This document shows, one piece after another, positions 58,022 to 64,000 of a stretch of 64,000 nt of DNA; positions within the stretch are counted from its first letter, which is position 1; every line of letters begins with the position of its first letter. Source of the DNA: an uncultured delta proteobacterium (lineage in GTDB: Bacteria; Desulfobacterota; Binatia; UBA9968); the NCBI GenBank assembly GCA_963760795.1, contig CAVXEP010000031.1, positions 32,001-96,000 of the forward strand. The letters are read 5' to 3'. The notes under the pieces were generated by a model. It was not told the DNA's origin and did not search any database. It saw only the letters and a list, made by a program, of their open reading frames with translations. The position numbers and the translations under genes were made by a program.

Positions 58022-58050
58022 TTGACAAAACCCAGGCCATCATGTAGAAA
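58022..58050 (+). promoter_or_regulatory. sigma70-type promoter of tRNA-Gly
   Basis: TTGACA-17 nt-TAGAAA, 10 nt before the tRNA. Confidence 0.6.
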
Positions 58051-58060
58051 ATTACTCGAT

Positions 58061-58137
58061 GCGGGTGTAGCTCAGTTGGCTAGAGCGTATGCTTGCCAAG
58101 CATAAGGTCGTCGGTTCGACCCCGATCACCCGCTCCA
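58061..58137 (+). tRNA. tRNA-Gly, anticodon GCC
   Basis: gcgggtg/cacccgc acceptor, tatgc-ttGCCaa-gcata, gttcga, encoded CCA. Confidence 0.95.
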
Positions 58138-58140
58138 CTT

Positions 58141-58345
58141 TCAAGCCCTTGGGAAACCGGGGGCTTTTTTTTCTAGTGGGGTAGGGGAGGTATTCGCCTT
58201 GGAGCCACTTTGCACCGACTTTGCACTTTCCCGAACCTGCGACTCGACCAAATCTCGCACACTGTCGGCATCGCGCATGTACTTGGCGTAATGCTCTTCA
58301 ATAGTTTTTATGGAGTCGCCAATCTGCGCGCTTACAAATGGTGAG
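58141..58345 (-). pseudogene. C-terminal remnant of a tyrosine recombinase/integrase
   Basis: FVSAQIGDSIKTIEEHYAKY resembles the box II LGH...T..Y segment; directly abuts the tRNA 3' end. Confidence 0.6.
58143..58172 (+). terminator. intrinsic terminator after tRNA-Gly
   Basis: aagcccttgg-gaaa-ccgggggctt followed by a T run. Confidence 0.75.
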
Positions 58346-58636
58346 CGGGACGCATTCACTTCGAGAGACATCGCTTCTCTCCGATAGACATCAGCGCGCC
58401 CGTTTTTCTACATGGACTCCCACAGAATCGACCACCGGTTCCTACGACCTACTTATTCGTAGTCGCGAGAGAGGAGCGTTTTCAGGGCGACCCCATCCCT
58501 GCCCGGCAGTAAACCGTTGGAGGTTCTCCGGGCGCGCTTGCACCTCCCTTCACCGGCATTTTAGGAGCCTGCGCTCCGCATTCACTGTCACGGTTGCCCG
58601 TGGCACACATGCTGCGTTGCACCGCAACAACTGAGC

Positions 58637-58949
58637 ATGCCTGTGAAAATCACCACGACAGCAGCACTGATATGCGGGTCTTCATTTTTCCTGACGACAC
58701 ACGGCCAAGCCGAAGAGCATTACATTTACAAAGATCCGCAGGGCGGAGCTGGTGATCTCAAACCAAAAGTCGCCGGCCGGAAGCACCATTCTGCGCAAAC
58801 TCGATCTACCGGAATTCCGCGAAACTCAAATGCAACAGGTTCAAGAGAGCAGCAACAGGCAAGTTGGAAAGCTCACCCAAACAGGAACAAAAGAAATAAC
58901 CTCGTGGCTCGCCGTGAGGTCGATTCGTTCACTGAAGGAGCTTGAATGA
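58637..58949 (+). pseudogene. DUF4124-like small exported protein, frameshift near 58745
   Basis: Signal peptide then YIYKDPQG / LVISNQK.P motif split between two frames. Confidence 0.5.
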
Positions 58950-59092
58950 ATCTTTTCTATGCTTTGGCGATCATTGGTGCCGCGATTGTTTTCGCCGGAA
59001 ACAGCGCGGAAGGACATCCAAGGGAAGTTTACTATGCAATCGCGGCTGGCTTCTGGATTCTGACAGTCGTGCTTGCACAAACGCTGCTTTGA
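58946..59092 (+). CDS. small two-helix membrane protein, 48 aa, not in ORF track
   Basis: AAGGAG RBS; MNLFYALAIIGAAIVFAGNSAEGHPREVYYAIAAGFWILTVVLAQTLL. Confidence 0.55.
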   Translation: MNLFYALAIIGAAIVFAGNSAEGHPREVYYAIAAGFWILTVVLAQTLL

Positions 59093-59327
59093 AGAACGCC
59101 AAGGGCTCGAAATCGAGGTTAGACTTGTTAGGCAAGCGCATCCGGACAGATTAACGGTGTCAATCTGGAGTTCATCGAAGCGCCGACGTGTGCAAGCGCA
59201 CCATGATGGGATACATCAATCTGTTGTGTCGAGGTGTTATCCTCGCAGCCGTTGATAGCAACTCGACCATCCTCTGCCATACAGCGCCGATTTAGATTCA
59301 CTGAGCGATAGTGGGAGGAATTGATCC

Positions 59328-59504
59328 ATGCGCCGACTCGTAGAAATAATCGGCGGGGTATTCGTGGCACTGGGGATTATCTGTGTCCTTGGTGGATCCA
59401 TGGTATCGACGGTGAACCCCAACGCCGCTAACGTGTTGTGGACCGGCATCGTCACGATCTTGGTCGGCTGGCTGATATGTTACCTCGCCCATAGAAAGCC
59501 CTGA
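59328..59504 (+). CDS. small two-helix membrane protein, 58 aa, not in ORF track
   Basis: GGAGGA RBS; MRRLVEIIGGVFVALGIICVLGGSMVSTVNPNAANVLWTGIVTILVGWLICYLAHRKP. Confidence 0.6.
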   Translation: MRRLVEIIGGVFVALGIICVLGGSMVSTVNPNAANVLWTGIVTILVGWLICYLAHRKP

Positions 59505-59769
59505 TAAGTGCGACGAGTTGGGGAAGTTCAAAGCCTCGAAGCAAAACTCCCTACATAAACAAATTCTTCCCGACGCAAGAGAGAGCTGAACCTGAAAGCC
59601 CAACAGTCGCTAAAAAATGGATCGACGACGGCAAGCCCGGCGTCTTCTAATCCACTGCCGCGCCGAGATCCGGCGCCTAATGGAACAATCTAGGATTTGT
59701 GGATTGCCGGTCAGGCAAAACCCGGCCCCTTGTCATTACTTAGGAGTACGACATGAAGAGGAACGCCGA

Positions 59770-60084
59770 AAGTCAGCGGCGGACATGGAAGACAAGAACG
59801 AAAAACATATCGTGACCCCGGGACGGATCGTTCCGCTGCGAGAGCTATTGGGGCAAATGCTGCTGGAACTCAAGCGGCCTGCCGAGGCGCTCAAAGAGTT
59901 CGAGGCGTCGCAGATCCGCGAGCCAAACCGTTTTCATGGATTTGCCGGTGCCGCGCAGGCGGCGGCGCAAAGCGGAAACTCCGCCAAGGCCAAGCAGCAC
60001 TATACCCGGCTCGTTGAACTGGTTGGCAAAGGCGGGCCGCGACCGGAACTCGAGCAGGCAAAGACATTCCTAGCACAGCGATGA
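59770..60084 (+). pseudogene. C-terminal fragment of a TPR-containing protein
   Basis: AAD.ED..EKH.VTPG...P.RELLG.MLL....P.EAL..FE......PNRF; the upstream part of the ORF looks non-coding. Confidence 0.55.
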
Positions 60085-60617
60085 GTCGCACTACCGGAGC
60101 GTGCGAGCTTGGGAAATGGAGTCGAATGTTTGCGCGGCGGCGAGCGATTGTCACGCTTGCCGCCGTATTCGGGCTTGGCACGGGCTCGCCGTGTTTGTCG
60201 GACCCGGCGGAAACTACTCCTGAAGTTTCGGCGCAGGACCCTGATTACGTTAGCGGCAGGAAAGCCCTTGAGGCAAAAAACTGGCCCTCCGCTATTAAGT
60301 CATTTTCGTTGGCCGCAGAGCGCAACCCCCGTAACGCTGACATCCAGAATTACCTCGGATACTCTTACCGCAAATCAGGAAAGCTCGATCTCGCATTCAC
60401 GCACTATAATCAAGCTCTCGCGCTAAATCCTCGGCACCGGGGTGCGCATGAATACATCGGGGAGGCGTACCTCATCAAAGGTGACCTAAAGAGCGCGCAG
60501 AAGCACCTCGCTGCGCTGCGCGAGATCTGTTCACTACCGTGCGAAGAGCTCACGGATCTTGAGCGCGAGATCGCGAAGCACATCAAGAAACCAGCCGCGA
60601 GCCGTTCACGCCGATAA
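60081..60617 (+). CDS. exported tetratricopeptide-repeat protein
   Basis: NADIQNYLGYSYRK, ALALNPRHRGAHEYIGEAYL; start uncertain. Confidence 0.8.
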   Translation: MSRTTGACELGKWSRMFARRRAIVTLAAVFGLGTGSPCLSDPAETTPEVSAQDPDYVSGRKALEAKNWPSAIKSFSLAAERNPRNADIQNYLGYSYRKSGKLDLAFTHYNQALALNPRHRGAHEYIGEAYLIKGDLKSAQKHLAALREICSLPCEELTDLEREIAKHIKKPAASRSRR

Positions 60618-61110
60618 CATGGATGCAAATCCAGTCGGGATCCGTCACTTTCTCCGTATGGTATCCGGCGCTTTGTCACACGGTGCCGGCATAGGCACCA
60701 TCGGAAGAGGCGCGCCGAGGCCCCAGCGCTGCCTATTTTCCTACAGCTCCCGCGTGGTAAGATTTCCGCATGTGCCGCCGATACAAAGTTACCCCCGGTG
60801 AATTTTCTGATCTCAAACTACGCTTCAGAGGGTTATCCACGATATGAGTCCCGCCCTAATCAACAACAAGCACGGGAGAGAAAAACGCCTCAATAGCTGT
60901 TGCGATGATCATGTTTTTGTTCGGAGCGATGGCACCGCTCCATGCGGCCAGGGGCTTTACGACTGGAAATCAGCCGACATGAATTCTCAGCGAGGAGATA
61001 GAAGAACGTTTCCACCTTCCTCTTGCTCGATTGTTTTTTGGAAAGTGGCGGGCAGATTCTGCCAGTTATGGGCTGTGTTGGATTTCCATTCTTTCAAGCA
61101 AAGAAGATTG

Positions 61111-61638
61111 TTGGGATATAGAAGTCTGACCCGAGCGCTACGATTGGCTGTGTTAATTTTTGTCACTGGCTGCGCCACATTGCAGATAAGCGTCGGGGAG
61201 GACAAGCGTCTATTCGCTCCTCTCGTCGGTCCCACGGAAGGAATCGAACAAGCGCAAATACCGCGGGTAACCCGACGTCGATTCGTGAGAGTTGAGTTTG
61301 ATCTGTTATATGGCACGGATGATCCCTCTGAGCCCAAAGGAGCGAACAGAGGTCATTTCCTATTGAATCTATTCGACGATGCCACTTTCAAAGCCGTCCT
61401 CAATCGCCGCGAGGTGCGATCGGACAAGAGTTTTACATGGTTTGGCCGTGTGGAAGAGATTGAAGACAGCCAGATAACTCTGGTTGTCGAGGATAGCGTG
61501 TTGGTTGGAAACATCAGAGTACCCGACGCTTCTTACCAAGTTCGCTACATCGGTGAAGGTGTCCATGTCGTAAATCACATTGATCCCCGAACCTTTCCAC
61601 CCGAGTCGGCACCTGTTGTCGTTCCCAGTGGCCGGTAG
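61111..61638 (+). CDS. putative lipoprotein consisting only of a metalloprotease pro-domain homologue
   Basis: RALRLAVLIFVTG-C lipobox-like signal, colinear with the N-terminal domain of the downstream protease; TTG start is a guess. Confidence 0.6.
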   Translation: MGYRSLTRALRLAVLIFVTGCATLQISVGEDKRLFAPLVGPTEGIEQAQIPRVTRRRFVRVEFDLLYGTDDPSEPKGANRGHFLLNLFDDATFKAVLNRREVRSDKSFTWFGRVEEIEDSQITLVVEDSVLVGNIRVPDASYQVRYIGEGVHVVNHIDPRTFPPESAPVVVPSGR

Positions 61639-61729
61639 CGCTGCCAGCTCTGTTAAGTTCGGCGCAGTCGTTTATGGCTGAATCTGAAATACTACTTAAG
61701 AGGACCGATCAGTAAAGGAGTATACCTCG

Positions 61730-63772
61730 ATGCATATCTCCAAAATAGCGATGATTGCGATCGCGGGTGTTTTCAGTGTCTTGGGCGTCAGCATACCCGG
61801 CCATGCCCAGTGGCTGTTTACTGAATTGCCGAATGCCGTAAATGCAGTTGACCGAGACGCTGCTATCGATCCAACGATTATCCGCTCCCGCTTGGTTGAA
61901 ATTGACTGGGGGCTGATCAACAGCACACAAAGGGGCGCTCAGGCTCGCGTCGGCCAGGACGCCGGGATGTTATTAAATTTCTTCCAGGATATCGTGCTCA
62001 ACGCGGTTTCCGACCGCAGCGAAGTTCGGACCCGAGAAAATTTCACCTGGCATGGCCACATCGATGGCGTCCCAGATAGCCAAGTAATTTTAGTCGCGCT
62101 GGATGGCGTGTTGGTCGGTAATATTCGAGCCGCGGGGAGATATTTCCAGGTCCGGTACATCGGAAATGGTGTGCACGTGGTACGGGAAATCGATGAATTA
62201 AGTTTCCCACCCGAGGGCGAGCCCATTCCAATAAACCTAACGAGCCCCAGCGCGCTTAAAATACCTGAGCAACGAGCAGCCGACAGCGGTGCGAGATTTG
62301 ACGTGATGGTGCTCTACACTCCGGCCGCGCTGGCCGCCGGCGGTGGCACCGCCGCCATGACGGCATTGGCGAATTTAGCGGTAGCGGAAACCAATACCGC
62401 CTATTCCAGGAGCGGCGTGATCCCTCAGGTTCGCTTAGTTTACACTGGTGAGGTCAGCGATTATACGGAAGTAGGAGATTTCAATACGGACTTGAGTCGG
62501 TTGCGCAGTCCCTCGGATGGGTTCATGGATGACATTCATTCTTTACGCAATGCGGTCGGTGCCGATATGGTTTCGCTCATCATCGAAGGCAACGGATCCC
62601 TCTGCGGAATTGGTTACATCATGTTAACCGAGTCCGCCGGGTTTAACGAGAGCGCGTTTAGCGTAAGCGCGCGCAATTGTGCCACGGGAAACTATACCTT
62701 CGGCCATGAATTGGGCCACAACATGGGCCTTCGACATGACCGGATCGATGATCCGGCGAATGGTGTCTTCCCACATTCACACGGCTACGTCGACGTCATC
62801 AACAATTTTCGCGATATCATGGGCGTGGCATCTGGGTGCGGCGGATGCCCGCGAATACAAAATTTCTCGAATCCGAATGTTTTCTATAACGGATTTTCCA
62901 CCGGCGTGCCGCAGAGTGCGCCAAATTCAGCGGACGCGGCGGCGTCGCTCAACGCCACCGCATTCACAGTGGCCAATTGGAGACAGGAAGTTGCACAATC
63001 CACTGTGCTCGACACTATTCTTGATTCCGGGCCGGCAGTCGAAGGAGGTACGACCAACAGCACCACGGCGGTCTTTACTTTCACCTCAACTGTTCCGTCA
63101 GCCACGTTCAAGTGCAGTCTCGACACGGCGCCGTTCACCGTATGTACAAGCCCCAAAACCTATACTAGGCTACGGGCCGGCTCTCGTAACTTTAAAGTCC
63201 ATGCCATAGCAGGGGGTGTTAGCGATCCGACCCCTGCAAGCTTTGGCTGGATCATTGATACTATAGCGCCAAATACAACGATCACAGTCTTCCCTGCGTT
63301 GTTGACGAAAAATCCCATCGCAACGTTCGAGTTTATCTCGACCGAGTTGGGTGGTGGTTTTCAGTGCAGCTTGGACGCAAGCCCGTTCACGCCTTGCACC
63401 AGCCCTTTCATCTCCGGCGCCCTGGCTGATGGTAAACACAACTTTCAGGTAAAGGCCCTCGACTCCGTCGGCAATGCAGACAGGTCGGCGGCCAAGGCCA
63501 AGGCGTGGACAGTCGACACGACTCCGCCGATAACCACTATAATGGGAAAACCGGCGAATCCAACGACGTTCACGAGCGCGACGTTTAGGTTTAAGTCCGA
63601 GATAAAAAGCACATTCGTGTGCAAGCTGGACGACGGCGCGTTCGAAGCCTGCAAGAGTGGCAAGAGATACATCGGGCTTCTGCCTGGAGCTCATACTTTC
63701 CAGGTGCAGGCCACTGACGCAGCTACGAATGTCGAACAGATACCGGCAATTTACAGCTGGACACAGAATTGA
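61730..63772 (+). CDS. secreted M12/reprolysin-like zinc metalloprotease with three C-terminal Ig-like repeats
   Basis: AAGGAG RBS, signal peptide, HELGHNMGLRH, Met-turn DIM, repeated T.ATF.F.S....F.C.LD...F..C.S units. Confidence 0.88.
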   Translation: MHISKIAMIAIAGVFSVLGVSIPGHAQWLFTELPNAVNAVDRDAAIDPTIIRSRLVEIDWGLINSTQRGAQARVGQDAGMLLNFFQDIVLNAVSDRSEVRTRENFTWHGHIDGVPDSQVILVALDGVLVGNIRAAGRYFQVRYIGNGVHVVREIDELSFPPEGEPIPINLTSPSALKIPEQRAADSGARFDVMVLYTPAALAAGGGTAAMTALANLAVAETNTAYSRSGVIPQVRLVYTGEVSDYTEVGDFNTDLSRLRSPSDGFMDDIHSLRNAVGADMVSLIIEGNGSLCGIGYIMLTESAGFNESAFSVSARNCATGNYTFGHELGHNMGLRHDRIDDPANGVFPHSHGYVDVINNFRDIMGVASGCGGCPRIQNFSNPNVFYNGFSTGVPQSAPNSADAAASLNATAFTVANWRQEVAQSTVLDTILDSGPAVEGGTTNSTTAVFTFTSTVPSATFKCSLDTAPFTVCTSPKTYTRLRAGSRNFKVHAIAGGVSDPTPASFGWIIDTIAPNTTITVFPALLTKNPIATFEFISTELGGGFQCSLDASPFTPCTSPFISGALADGKHNFQVKALDSVGNADRSAAKAKAWTVDTTPPITTIMGKPANPTTFTSATFRFKSEIKSTFVCKLDDGAFEACKSGKRYIGLLPGAHTFQVQATDAATNVEQIPAIYSWTQN

Positions 63773-64000
63773 TTTGTTTTATAGGGAACTTTTCTCCGTT
63801 CCTGGGCTTCAGCCTTCGGGCGGTCGCATGGAACCTCAAGCTTAGGAGAATTACAGTCCTGCGATGACAAAATCCTCGTTCGGCCTTACAGGCTCAAGAC
63901 TAGTTAAATAAGCGGCTATGACGCCCAGCTCATGAAATGGGGCTTGGTGCCATTTTGGGCGCCCGATCCTTCCATCGGCAATTGGATGATCAATGCGCGT

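Noticed and set aside
1-64000. CRISPR array or cas genes
   Set aside because: The repeats found have 7- or 9-bp periods or are palindromes; none show constant repeats with unique spacers, and no cas motifs were seen

Overview
Bacterial chromosomal window, GC-rich by eye. Gene content (many NitT/TauT, TctC and Fe3+-type periplasmic binding proteins, SDRs, amidohydrolase, UbiD, two xanthine-oxidase-family Mo-hydroxylase clusters, amidases) resembles Candidatus Binatia / Deltaproteobacteria-like soil MAGs; this assignment is inference only. About a dozen ordinary genes are split by single-base indels, which points to long-read assembly error. Housekeeping anchors are thiI, cysS, pgsA, tRNA-Arg(UCG) and tRNA-Gly(GCC). 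An integrase remnant and a decayed accessory island follow tRNA-Gly. The strongest signal is at 31052-35621: a BCP/PrxQ peroxiredoxin missed by the ORF track, with an in-frame TGA at the peroxidatic Cys codon and a SECIS-like hairpin. It is followed by a LysR, an Egt1/EgtB-like sulfoxide synthase with a perfect LysR box upstream, DUF427, an orphan PhnD-like protein and a Cys paralogue of the same peroxiredoxin. This is a candidate selenium/sulfur antioxidant module. Other points of interest: three tandem binding proteins with a CxTCYxHH motif, a J-domain/Zn-ribbon/PilZ protein, a stand-alone lipoprotein copy of a metalloprotease pro-domain, several unannotated small proteins and at least five families of intergenic palindromic repeats. 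Family assignments come from motif recognition, not database searches.
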